The notes beneath the pieces are model-generated. The model did not search any database, had not been told where the DNA came from, and worked only from the letters and a program-made list of their open reading frames with translations. Positions 11,466-23,451 of a stretch of 64,000 bases of DNA are shown one piece after another (position 1 is the first letter of the stretch; every line of letters starts with the position of its first letter). The stretch covers positions 13,698,054 through 13,762,053 of the forward strand of contig CM082582.2 in NCBI GenBank assembly GCA_040954595.2, read 5' to 3'. A program made the translations under genes and the position numbers. The DNA comes from Balanoglossus misakiensis (lineage: Eukaryota; Animalia; Hemichordata).

Positions 11466-13682
11466 AATTCAGTGCTCACTGCTGATTTCATGCACCTTCC
11501 CAAAAAGTTTATTGTAAACCGCATGTTACCTGTATAGGAAGGTAAAAAATGGTAGGGCTGCACGAAAGATGGGATTCATATGTTATATTTTGGGCTCTTT
11601 ACATTTGAAGCATCACACACATCACTTTTGTCAATAAGTGATCATATTTTGTGAATAACTGTTGCATTTTACAAGCCTATTGAGAAAAGAGTTCTGATGA
11701 CTTGGTGAGTCAACGTAACAAAATATAATTAACATCTCACATGAAACAAAAAACTGTCAAAGATTGTCCCTCTAATAGCAAATTGCTTCAGGTAGAGTGG
11801 TAAATTTTTGATGTAGGTTTTTCTCTCACGGGATACTTTTGTGAAAGTTCTTTTTGTAGTCACTCTTCAGTCATTTTATTACATAAATTAATGAAAGGGG
11901 TTTATGATGGATGTACAATAATAGGGCTGGGACAATATCGTCTGTGTCATTATGTGTGACCAATGTTAGATTTCGAGTTGCTGGTACCATGTCTGTGTCG
12001 TCCTGGCCTTGCTCGCTAATAACCTCATTGTGCAAGACAGACAGCATTGTTGAATTATTAAAAGGTATTTTTTACCCGTAGGCAGATGGAAAAATGTCGA
12101 CCATATCAAAATTAAAAAGATGGAATGATATCACAGACTAAGTGAATTGTTTCAATATCGAGAGGCACACTTTTGAAGTAATTGACCCCATTTATTGCAA
12201 TACACTCCCTGCAAATACTAATTTTGTCAAAATACTTGAATTAGACATAAATTCGCACAGTTGATAAAAAAAGTATTAAAGGAATATGCTTGGTATTTAA
12301 GAAGGTCAAAGAATAATATATGTTAAACAGATGCAGATCCAATGTCTGTAGGGATTGCCAATCTTTATATTTATAATTAAAATGAAATAGTTTTAATTTT
12401 GGTAGATTTAGAATACAATTGGCATGTTTATCTTGTCTGTGTGTTTACAACATAGAGTAAAACTAAATTGCTTAGTACTTCTGTATAATCACTGTCCTTT
12501 CACCAAGTGTAGCAGATCCAGAGTCGCAGTCATTCCTGTCTTATTGCTTGGATTTATCTGTGGCTTAGATTATCCAGTCAGAATGTGCTTGGCACTGTGC
12601 AAGCTTGTGGTGAAGGAATCTGCTGAAATATCATCCTATATCTCTGTGAAACCACAAGGCTTTATCCCACTTGCGTTGTTCGCTCGGTCAAAGTTTTGTC
12701 TTGAATTCTAGCGACAGAGCATATCACTATGTATTAAGCAGAGTGATTTGAGGGGTGCTGTTGTTGGCAGAAGCTCAGTGCCAGAAATAATGCAGTGACA
12801 AACTTTCTGGTGTCTACCGCGTAAATTATATGACTGAAGTATTTCCATAAGATGACTCGATCCAGCAGCTGGGTGATCGCAATGCTCAAATGACTGAGTG
12901 GCATGTCTAAGTAAGCCAAACAATGCAAATAAGTAAACATATGAAACAAAATAAGTAAACACATAAAATCAGTGTTAAAAAGGATTGTAGTTTTCATTCT
13001 CTTGACACATGGATGATTGCTTTAAGGCGGAAAATATATTTCTTAATTTTGGCGCATTTGGTCAGGAATTGTTCGTTCAGTCCAGTACAGCATGTTTGGT
13101 CAGATGTTGAGCATTTGGCCAAGTTTTACAGACATTAATTACTATTAGGCATATTTGATCAGGCATGTTTGGTGCAGCATTTGTTGTCATTATGACAGTT
13201 AGGACCTTGTATTAGTTTATTCACCTCTCCAAGCACTTCTGTCGATACATGCACTTTGGGAAATTCTTACTATGAAAATAATCAAGTGAAAAAGGGAAGT
13301 GCTTTTAATAGGAATCTGTCAGTTTTTAATCATGATTTCTTAACTCCTGTTTGTTGGGATAGGGTGTAGTGAAGTCAAGTGTATTTGCATTAAGTCTCAA
13401 CTAAGTATCAACTCTGTGAAAATATCTTCAACTTGGCAGCACAGAAACTGGCTTGAGGCAAAACGTCAACCAAAACAAGGAATAATGCTTGTTAATGCAG
13501 AACATCTTTTGGTTTGTCTTGAAGGATGCTGCTCGTTTATTGCAAAAATTGTCATTGATGTAGAAACGGCTGCTTTACAATATGGAATTTCCCCTTCCTC
13601 TAAACACTTCAAATTGATATCCATTACAAGAATTAATGTAAAAGAGCTTTGACCAAAAAATGTTGAATATCTGTGTTCTTAT

Positions 13683-13871
13683 AGGAATACTATCACAGCT
13701 AATTTACTTATGCCAAAGATGGTCAAGAGGACATATGTCTACTCTATTTCTTCATATGACCATATAGGGGCACACTTTTTTCTCATGGCCACCCACTGAA
13801 ATTGTTGATTGGCCAGATCTCTACTATCCATGGTAACTGTGGCTAATATTTGCCTAGATGACAGTATGCCT
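13683..13871 (+). mobile_element. About 190-bp MITE with imperfect TIRs (AGGAATACTATCA...TGACAGTATGCCT) and TTA(T/A) flanks
   Basis: TIR-like ends and TTAA at 13872-13875. Internal catggccacccactgaaa...gattggc..gatct...ccatg.taact.tggctaa is shared with 26392-26578. Confidence 0.7.
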
Positions 13872-16800
13872 TTAATGTGCTTTTTTATCTACAAAATTGT
13901 TAATTGTCTTTGGATGGGTGGACACTATTTCAGTTCTCAAACATTGTGTTTTATTGTGTGTGCATCCAAGATGCCACAGTGGAAGAGAGGGATTTTACCC
14001 ATCCTGCAATTTTAATAGGTTGAATTGACATCATTTAGGGGGACATATGAAATGATGACTGACCTTATGTAAAACATCTGTTGTTTAGCTTCACAATAAA
14101 TCCCTCTTCAGCTGTGTACTGCAAAGTCATTCAAATCCCATAATCCCATTCTTGGCAAAACATTGAAGTGTTGCATTCAAGTGTATTTCATGCCAGAAAA
14201 CAAAAGTGATTTGCCCATAATATTGGTTTATATAAACATAATTTCAGCTGGTTTAATGGACTGATCTGTGGTCAAACTTAAACTGCCCAAAGACTGTTTA
14301 CAGTCAAGGAAAAATATCCATATTACAAAGAAGCCAGAGTTGTTGAGAATACTTTAAATGCTTTTCTGTCTGCAAGATTTTTATGCAAGTTGTAAATTTT
14401 AAACGAGACAGCGTGTCCAGTGCCAAATGCTCAGTGGATCATGGTGGAACTATTTGATGCTTCAACAATTCACTGTGACAAGGACTAGTGTCGCATTCAA
14501 ATGAGGATCTGTCAGCTCTGAAACGTCAGATGCATTGAGATCTCCAGGTCTTTCCCATAAATGTGTTTGTTTGTCATTTGCCACAAATAATACAAGAGTA
14601 CCCTGCACAGATATCTGACACAATGATTGTACTTTATATCTTACAAGAACAATGGTGTTGGACAACTCTGCGTGATACACCAGCCACCTATTTTTATTAG
14701 GGCTTCCTGGTTCTTGTTTGTGTCTTACAAGAGTTTATGGAAGTCTGCCGGAAGGCCTGATCTGCTGCGATGGATTGATAGCTTTCATTACAAACCATAG
14801 GCAGAAAATATAGTTGACAGGGGGTTGACAGGCATGCATTGTTGTCAAGACTCTAGACTGACTGGACTTAGAGGTTAGAATACAGAACACCTGCACAAAA
14901 TCGTCATTTAAGCCACGCTGCAGACATTTAGAGTTTCATGTGATTCCACCATTTTAATTTTCTCCTAGAAGTTTATTCTGACCTACATAGTTTATAGTTT
15001 TTTTCACCTGCTTATGCCAGACATTATTCATTACACAAGGCGTGTTCCATTTTCCCCAGACATCTTTTCACTTTAAATTTGTGCAGATATTAACCACTGC
15101 AGTCATAAAAGAACTTCAAGAGTATTTTATCTTTTTGGGGGGTTACAATTTCAAGAATGAGATGCAGTGTTAAAAATCTGCAGAACTATCGATGTATATT
15201 GACAAGGCAGGTTTCAGCAATCCACAAGTGTCGCACTGCGCTTTTTGCAGACTAATCTTAAATGCAAGGAAAATAGGGCAAGGAATGACTCATCCATTCA
15301 AATGTATAAAAAGTATAGAAACCACAGTCCTGATATAAAGATGAACTCATTCCACAAGACAGAGTCCGGTGTCGACAGAATCATGTCCGTTTCTTCTGTG
15401 ATCTGGCTGCTTATGTAAGTAAAAAAGGTAGCGAGACACATTTTGTGGATTTGTAAGAATTCCCTCGTCTAATCCCAAATTGGATATGAATTGTGGCATA
15501 GCATTAGGGCACAGCCCTCTTCACACATATAAATGAGATCCTAGCTGTGCTTAGGTTTTGACATCAGGAAGACCGCATTCTCTATGAAATATTGCGGTAT
15601 CTTCATTTATTAAACTTTTAAAAACTTTGATAAATGAGTCGGTATTAGTCAAGAATAGAGTTTGAATCATTATGAAGGCAATTGATTTCATTGGTAGCAA
15701 GAATTTCTTCCCAATTGTTTTCCAAATGTGCTTTATGTACTTATATTTCATAACACAACTTATAAGTTTCTGATTGGTTGTTGCCATGGCGTTGTCATGG
15801 CATTTATGTGTATATTATAAACTCTGTATACCGGTAATTGTAATTTTCATATTGTTAAAATAATATGCAAGCTCTTACTATGGCATTTGTTAACTAAATT
15901 TCTGATGTTCTGATGACGTACTATAATAGTGATAAAAATATCATTAGCAAATTATAATAATTCGCATATTTCAATAACATGACATTTACTTTGTACATTT
16001 TGAAAGTTAAGTTCCATCATCTTGCCTTTGTATTTTCAAAAGGTGTGGTTGTATTGGACACATATCTATAGAAATGGTGAAAGTGTTGGCGGTATCATGC
16101 ATACTGTTGTAATGTAAACCTCTGAAAGCCCTTCTGCACCTTAAGTCTAATCTAACCTCTGAAAATGATCGATTTGACCCAGTGTCTCATCACACATTCT
16201 GATTTGTATGATTAAAAAGAACTATATACTGGGATATGCACACTTCTTGACTGATTAAGTGAAGCAAAGATACAAGATATTTGTATTCACCATGCAGAAA
16301 GTTGCGTAAGTGCAATTCTTCGATGTAGAATTAGGTTTCAATATACATGCATGTAAGATTATAGGTTGTCAGACAGTATCATAAGAGAGAGGGGGGAATG
16401 GTAATTTGTTGTGAGCCGAGATCCATCAGCTATTACTATTGTTGCTTTGGGCTTGCTACGTTGATTGCCCAGAGGCAAGTGAGGAATACAGACTGATGGT
16501 CGCGTTTGACATTTCAAATGTTCAAATTCAACCTGGTCATCTCTGCAGAAACCAATCAGGTTTATCCACAAAGCTCTGAAACAACTGTTGCCATGCCTAC
16601 TGCAGTTCCTAAGGTGTTGTATTCATTTGAGATCCATTTCAATGCTTTCTGTGGTCACTTGTAGTTGTTCAATGTTCAGGGCATATCACCTTTTTATAGA
16701 GGACATCAAAGGCCACAATGGTACCTACAACCTCCAGCAGGTTTATGTAACTAGCCCATTTGAAGATGAACTCAGAATTCTCTTCATATTTTAATCAACA

Positions 16801-17988
16801 TTGATCAGTTTTTGGGCAATGTGACTGTAATATTATTGGCATCCAAATACATCACACATCTGGAATTCATTTCATTCAGTTAGCAATGCCATTCTGTACA
16901 TTTCCTGTCACGATCTGCAGTGCGGGTATGTACTTTGAAAGTTGTAGATTCTCAACTTTTCCCCCCACTCTGATTAGGGACTACTTGAATTAACTAAATT
17001 ATAGTTCAGAACTGTAGTATTCCTTGAGGGTCTTCCTTAAAAGATGGTATGTGTTTCATTTATTTGGCTGTTTTTCTAGATACACTGATACACTTTACTT
17101 TATTCATATTCCATTAAAAGAAATCACCAACAGTCATGAGTCAATATATAGTTTCTCTTGATGGTCAGGGAACAGTTCAGGTAACTGTTGTAGTTTTTAA
17201 GGAGGTGGTTAAAAAGACCGTGAACTGCATAAATTTTTGTTGTAAATTCGAATTGGCGCAAGGAGTTGATAATTCAGATTTCAAATGATCCTGGGTGCAA
17301 TATTTGGTTGCATTTGTTAAAATGGTCGAGAATGGTAGAGGGGAAATAGAGGTGAGAGTACTAAATTATAAATAGAGCAGCAAAACAGATAGACATGCTA
17401 ATTGGTATTAATCTAAGCTGGTAATGTCTTTTTTTCCTTTTTTTTCGTTGAAATGTGGTTGAAAAGGAATTACGTAAAACCAAGGACAACTGGGAACAAA
17501 GCTCAGTCTAGGTGTGAACAGTGATGCTGTCATTAAAACAATGTGAGATATGTGACACAGGTTTTCAAAGTAACCTGAAATAAAAAAAAATGTTTCATCT
17601 AAAGTTATTCTCAGAAAGGGATATCTTTCTGTTCGTCTTGATTGTTTTTCGAGCATAAAAGTAAGCCAAAGTGAAATTTGCAGAGGTGTGGAGTTAGCAA
17701 TCTTTTATTTGTTTGTTTGGATTGTTTATAAGAAAAGGAATCCAAGATAATTCATTGTCGCCTGATCAGGTCACTGCATAGGGAAATGATTCTGTCTATT
17801 TGTTTGTTTTCAAAACAAAGTAAAGTGAAATTGTCAAAGACTGTTCTGCTTGGTGCAGACACGAATAAAAATTGGTGAATTTGGCATTGAACTACCTTAG
17901 TTTGTTTTCAAACAGGAAAAGACTGAAGTAATTCACACTACCCTAAGTGTCACTGTCGGTCACAGGTAAGCATGTATTGTTTTAATTT

Positions 17989-18017
17989 TTGTTGTTGTTT
18001 GTTTGTTTGTTTGTTTG
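17989..18017 (+). repeat. (GTT)/(GTTT)n microsatellite
   Basis: ttgttgttgtttgtttgtttgtttgtttgt. Confidence 0.8.
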
Positions 18018-18738
18018 TAGAAGGTTGAATTTGTTCTTTCCAGGTGTGTATTTTAACTCTATGGTTGTATTGAATTTTTGTGGTATAAAAGGAAGCGAAA
18101 TACTACAAATGACACGGATTTAAACCCCCCTCAATTTTAAATTGGCAGCATGTGTTACAAATATAAAATATTTGTAATCAACTCCATTTCCAAGTGTTTG
18201 TCCATTTTTTTTTATAGCAAGAGAATATTAGAAGTTTGAACAAAAGTTTAATTATAGATTGATTTCTTGGCATTGTGTTTTACCTTGATGAAAATAGTAG
18301 TATGACAAAATAAAAGATTTTATGTTGCAAAGCGCAATAGGGCGACAAACTTTTTGTTAGAAGGTCATTTATTTGATGGCAAACAAAATGAAGCAGTTTG
18401 GTTATTTGAATTGGTTTTGATTAAAAGACTTCTGCATCTCGTGCATGTCTGAACAGATCCAGGCGATCAGAAAGGAAGGTCAGATCAATATATCGGGATG
18501 CACGAGTCCAAATAAATATTAATATTTAAATAAGCTGAATCTCACAGATCACTGTCTCTACAATAGAAGGTGGCAAGTTTTTTCCAGACAATATCTTGAA
18601 TATAGCCAATAGATAACTTGAACAAGGCATTGCTCTGTTCCTTATGGCCAGTGCATGAAATACCAACACTAAGGCGAAAGGTACGTGACAGATTTTGAAT
18701 AATTTATAGAAGGGAGCTGAACAACAGATACGGTCGTC

Positions 18739-19033
18739 TTAAGGTAGTAATGCACTCAAAAATCAGTCTTAAACTTTTCCTCATATTTTGCTCCAGGCAA
18801 ATTTAGATTATTCTCTCTTAAAAAATGAGAATAATAATTGGGGTCACTACGCAAAATTTTGAATGAGAGAGCAAATTGTCTATAGAAATGTTTTTTTGAA
18901 AACAAGATGTGTACGCCCTATTGTCTTCTTTATTTTCAAAAAGAATTCTTTCACACTTCAATATATTAAAGAATTGAAATGTTTGGAGAACTTTAATTTT
19001 TCTGAAGAGATATGCCTTGGAGGTGTGCAATAC
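18739..19033 (+). mobile_element. Longer degenerate copy of the TTAA-GGTAGTA repeat (Kolobok-like MITE)
   Basis: Shares about 120 bp with 11350-11465. The 3' end gaggtgtgcaatact resembles the reverse complement of the 5' end. The right boundary is approximate. Confidence 0.55.
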
Positions 19034-20559
19034 TGTGAGTCATCCCACAGTGAGTTATTATAATGAACACAAACTATAGTGAAATATAACAATACCTAGT
19101 TTTCAGAAATGCTCTAATTTCATATTCATTCGTAAATGTACAGGAAGTTCTAATCTCCTTAAGGCATGCCAGACAGTTATCTCATCTTGGAGGAAGTGAT
19201 TTCTGCATCATTATAATGGCACACTCATTTTACAGAACATCAGGTTTTGGGATGCAAACATTACTTCCAGATTGTTTCCTGTTCTGTAGTTGAAATTGTC
19301 GATGTCATACAATCTAAAATTTATGGAAATGTTGTGTCAATGAGAAGCAAATTGCATCTGTGTATTTTATCTTTTTTGAATTTGTTATCATTGAATCATA
19401 TAAAAAGTGAAAAATCATTTAAAGATTGACAAGGTTTCACATAAATCCTCATTTCAATCTGTAATTGATACAAAACTTGTGCCATTTTTGAACCAGATTA
19501 AATTAAGAAAATTGTGAAAAATGCAGCACGTGTGAGTATTTAGCACTTTAGGTTTGATTGGGAAAAATGATAAGGAAAGCATTAAGCATGAGGCTCTGGT
19601 GAAGTACACTTTATTTGTATGCGGTTAACCTGATTCAGAAACTCTTAATTCATGTGTACATGTATGCAGGGGAGCATCACCAGTGAATGAAAATCCTCCG
19701 TAGCGATATGTATTCATTTGTATTTGTACACAGACTGAATGAGAAGTAACTCTTTTTCTACATGTCACAGTGTAAATTCATCCCGCTTGTCTCTTTCAAT
19801 CTCTGCTCTCCAACTTCTTCAGTGAGTTTTCAGGTCTGTTTAAGAGGTGCTACCTGATTGGTCAAATGAATTGTCTGCTTAAAAGCATTGGTCCCATTGG
19901 ATATTCACATTTACTCTCTGAACACTTGTATTATAAGAATTCATGGCAGTTTTATTTCGGGAATATTTATACTTTGCAGATTCTCTTGTATGATGATGCA
20001 GCATCACAAAAATGATGCTTGGTTCAGGAATTCACACCATATCCATGTTTTCTTTGAAACTATGCAACCAAGTCTGTAGTTTGACTTTTGTTTCCATTTT
20101 TCATTCTTACTTTAGATTTGGCTGCAGATTCACAATTTAACACCAAATGATCTTCAATATATCATCCTTATTGCATAATTCTGCTTGAGAATAAAGCAGT
20201 TGGAGAGGGTTGTCTTATCTTGGAAAATAATAAAGGTCAGTTTAACTCTGGGTCTGAGTAGAGATCAGCACAAGAGAAATTACCTGGCAGAGCACATGTG
20301 AATGACCTGAGTAGAAATAGAGTGTGGGAATCCATACTAATTCAAAGCAAGTACTGAAGGCACTCTGTGTCTGGGCTGAAATTAAATTGGCCTCTGGTTT
20401 GGATGGAATTTTCCAGCAAACGAATGGCAAAATTTTGCTGCTGGAAATATCTGAAAACAAGTCTGCACAGGTTTTACATGCACAAGTTTGCATTGATATC
20501 TCCTTGCCTTGGAATGACTGGTAACATTGCATTTGCTATTTGACTGTTTAGTTGGTATT

Positions 20560-20648
20560 TTAACCCTTTCACTACCATGGTTTGGTCCAAATCCATTGTT
20601 TTCTATGGTAAAGTTGGACCTCTAAAGAGGGAACTGGGGATGAAAGGG
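20560..20648 (+). mobile_element. About 85-bp piggyBac-like mini-MITE (TTAA-CCCTTTCA...TGAAAGGG)
   Basis: TIR CCCTTTCA/TGAAAGGG; core ccatggtttggtccaaatccattgtttt is identical to the copy at 55198. Confidence 0.8.
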
Positions 20649-21479
20649 TCCAGATGTAATCAACGATATAATCTACATGGTTTTTGTGAACTGCACTCCT
20701 TCCAAATTAGAACATGCACACACAAAAGATACTTGAGAAAAAAAGCATGTAGAATACCGCCTGGTTTGCATGGATTGCAGCCTTATGTATACAAATTCAT
20801 GCCCCTCCCATTCTATTAAGGATTGTGCTGACAAAGCTTTGTCAGATATACAGGTGGCACAGTGATATTGGTTGCAGTTCGTTGGCTATTGACCCAACTC
20901 TTTCTGCTTATTGTTATGTCTTCTGATAAACAATTCCACTTTCAAGTTACTCTAATTACCCGCACACATTGTCTGCACCTATATACATTCCCTTTTGCAA
21001 TCAGATGAATAACTTTATTTGCAAATTGTTAAATAAATCCTCTCTTTGTATTTTCAAATAGGTTTTTACATTCTGCCCACAGAAGGAGCTACTGACTTAA
21101 AATAAAAGAAGTGGTCAGAAAATCCTGTGATTTCTAATATTCGTTTCGTGTTCAGTTAGATTTTTTAGGACTTTGATGTCACACCGTTTCAAACCTTACA
21201 ACTCAATTGCTCCAACCAAAACAGGAGGGAGTAGTTTTTGCAATTGACGTTTTTTTTTCTGAGAAGGTAAGGCTATAGTGCTAGGAGAAAAGGCGAATTG
21301 TGCTGATGACGAACTTGGCATGGCTACATATCAGGCCTGTACAAACGTTGTGATATGTCTGTCGTATTAAGGCGTAGAACCATGAAATTTTTTTTTGCAC
21401 AAAAATAGGTCATTACCTGTGGTCCTCATCTTATCAGTAGAAACACAAGCAACACAAAAGGTTTGCAGTTCCTGTTACG

Positions 21480-21903
21480 TGAACATTGATTGGTTGGGCG
21501 AAGTCCCTCAGCGTAAATGTTGCACACCCCTGCGCGAATGTGAGTTGAATGGAATATCCAACCAGCGGTTGACCTTTCACCATCCATCTGCTGTTGTTGT
21601 CTGGTGTCTACAGATACTGTCTGGCTTTTTCTAGCGCAGCCTGACCACAGTGCACCGACTTTTCCAAGACCCACAAAAAGAGGCAAATTTCGACATCCGC
21701 TGTGCCACACAGTGAGGCAACCGCCGCACCAGTCGTGCACGCAGTTCTCGCGGTTGACAGGCAAAGGTCGATGAACCCCCCAAATCCAGAGTGGTCAAAG
21801 CCATAGTCATATGGTCAGACAGTGCAAGGTCAGTGAAGAGACGGGATAGATTGCGTCTGTTTTAAATATTTTCTATTGTGGGCTAACCTGTCTGTCGGTG
21901 AGT
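21480..21903 (+). promoter_or_regulatory. Candidate internal promoter and non-coding alternative first exon within intron 1
   Basis: Locally CpG/GC-rich island with an inverted CCAAT (ATTGG, about 21489) that ends in a consensus donor G|GTGAGT at 21897/21898. GTCTAGAC lies at 22060-22067. Confidence 0.35.
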
Positions 21904-23360
21904 ACTTCTTCCATTGCACAAGTTTTCCGACAAACCTGTGTCACTGCCAGTCTTACCGCATTTTAACGCATGATTCTCAGACAGCGCTTACACATACATA
22001 GGTTGCCACAAATGTGAAATTTTCATGTTTTCCCTGCGGAAGTATCTAAACAAATAGAGGTCTAGACAGTTATTTATATTTTCAAGGCTATTGTGAGATG
22101 ATTTTATGTTGAAGCCTACCTGAGCTCAAGGCACAGTTCTGAGACACATTGAATGAGCACATGTATTTACCTTATTCTCAAAGGTAAGGTTGCCCTAGAC
22201 ACAGAATTAGTTTGTCGAACCAGACGACACCGTTGTTACTTACCCTACTTTCACTAGACACGAAAAAACCCCATAATTTTTCGTTTATCATTCATGGCAG
22301 TAAAAGGCAATATTCTCAGTAAGGTCATGTTAAAAGAAAGTCATAATTATTTTCTTAAAATAGCACAAAATAAAAAAAATAGGACTAAAGTATGAACGTA
22401 GACGAAATGATGTCATCGAGAAATGTACATATGTGCGTTGAACGCTAACAGTTGAGACAAGGAATGGGTTCATATGTTGGTCAACCTCAGAATATCTAAC
22501 AATAGATGCAGTCGTGCAGGATACTGATATAAACTTAGTCTGCCTGTCAAAAACATGAGGAACTGACTTGGGGGTAAAGTCGACTTCTTGTCAAAGCAGT
22601 GGATTTGATAAATTTCATGGATATGCTAGACAAAACCAGAGCGGGATTTGATAACGTTGTACTACTCGGTACGACAATTGAAATCAATTTTCTGCAGTTC
22701 TCTGGAAAGTGTATCAACACACCTACCTGGATTTTCTGGCGCTGTTTTTTTTATCTTTAATGACGTAGCATCTTTAATTTCCACGATTAGTGCTTGGCTT
22801 TTATTTAATTGTCAGTGATGTTGTTGTCACAGGGTTCTTTTGTTATGTCTGCATGAAACCTGTGTTTGAATAATCTTGACATATTGTTATTTTTGCCTTG
22901 TCTACTTTAGATTTTTTCAGGTTAAGTGCAAATGGAATTGTATTGCACAACATCGTACTTTGGTATACAGCTATGGAAGGAATTAATGTCACATAAAATA
23001 ATTTTGCCATGAGATGACAAAGATGGTAAATTTGAACAAATGAGAAATACATGAAAATCAAGTGGTTTGAAGCGGAATTTAATCTTTTTGCACCTTTGGA
23101 AATCATTTGGTGATTAAAATCGAGGACATGATAGAATTAAAACAATGAATTGGAGAAAAGATTGTGCAGATATTTGGAAGAACTGAGCTTTGGCAGAAAT
23201 AATGTCAGAAAGAAATAGGGTGTCTGATATTTTGATGTAGTGGGACAGGTCAAGGTGATACAAATGAGACTGTCTTCAGACTGTGAAATGTTGTCGGCAT
23301 GGTTTCCAAGGTAACTTGTAGCTGCATACTTGCATTAATTATGTGGACGAGGAACCAAAT

Positions 23361-23451
23361 TCAACCTTTCACTCAATTTTCCAATGTAAAGACCCAATCT
23401 CACTGTAAAAGACAATGGATTTGAGCCAAACCATAGTCTTTAAAGGGTTAT
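23361..23451 (-). mobile_element. Degenerate reverse-orientation copy of the piggyBac-like mini-MITE
   Basis: acaatggatttgagccaaaccat is the reverse complement of the core; ends cctttcac...aaagggtta. Confidence 0.65.
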
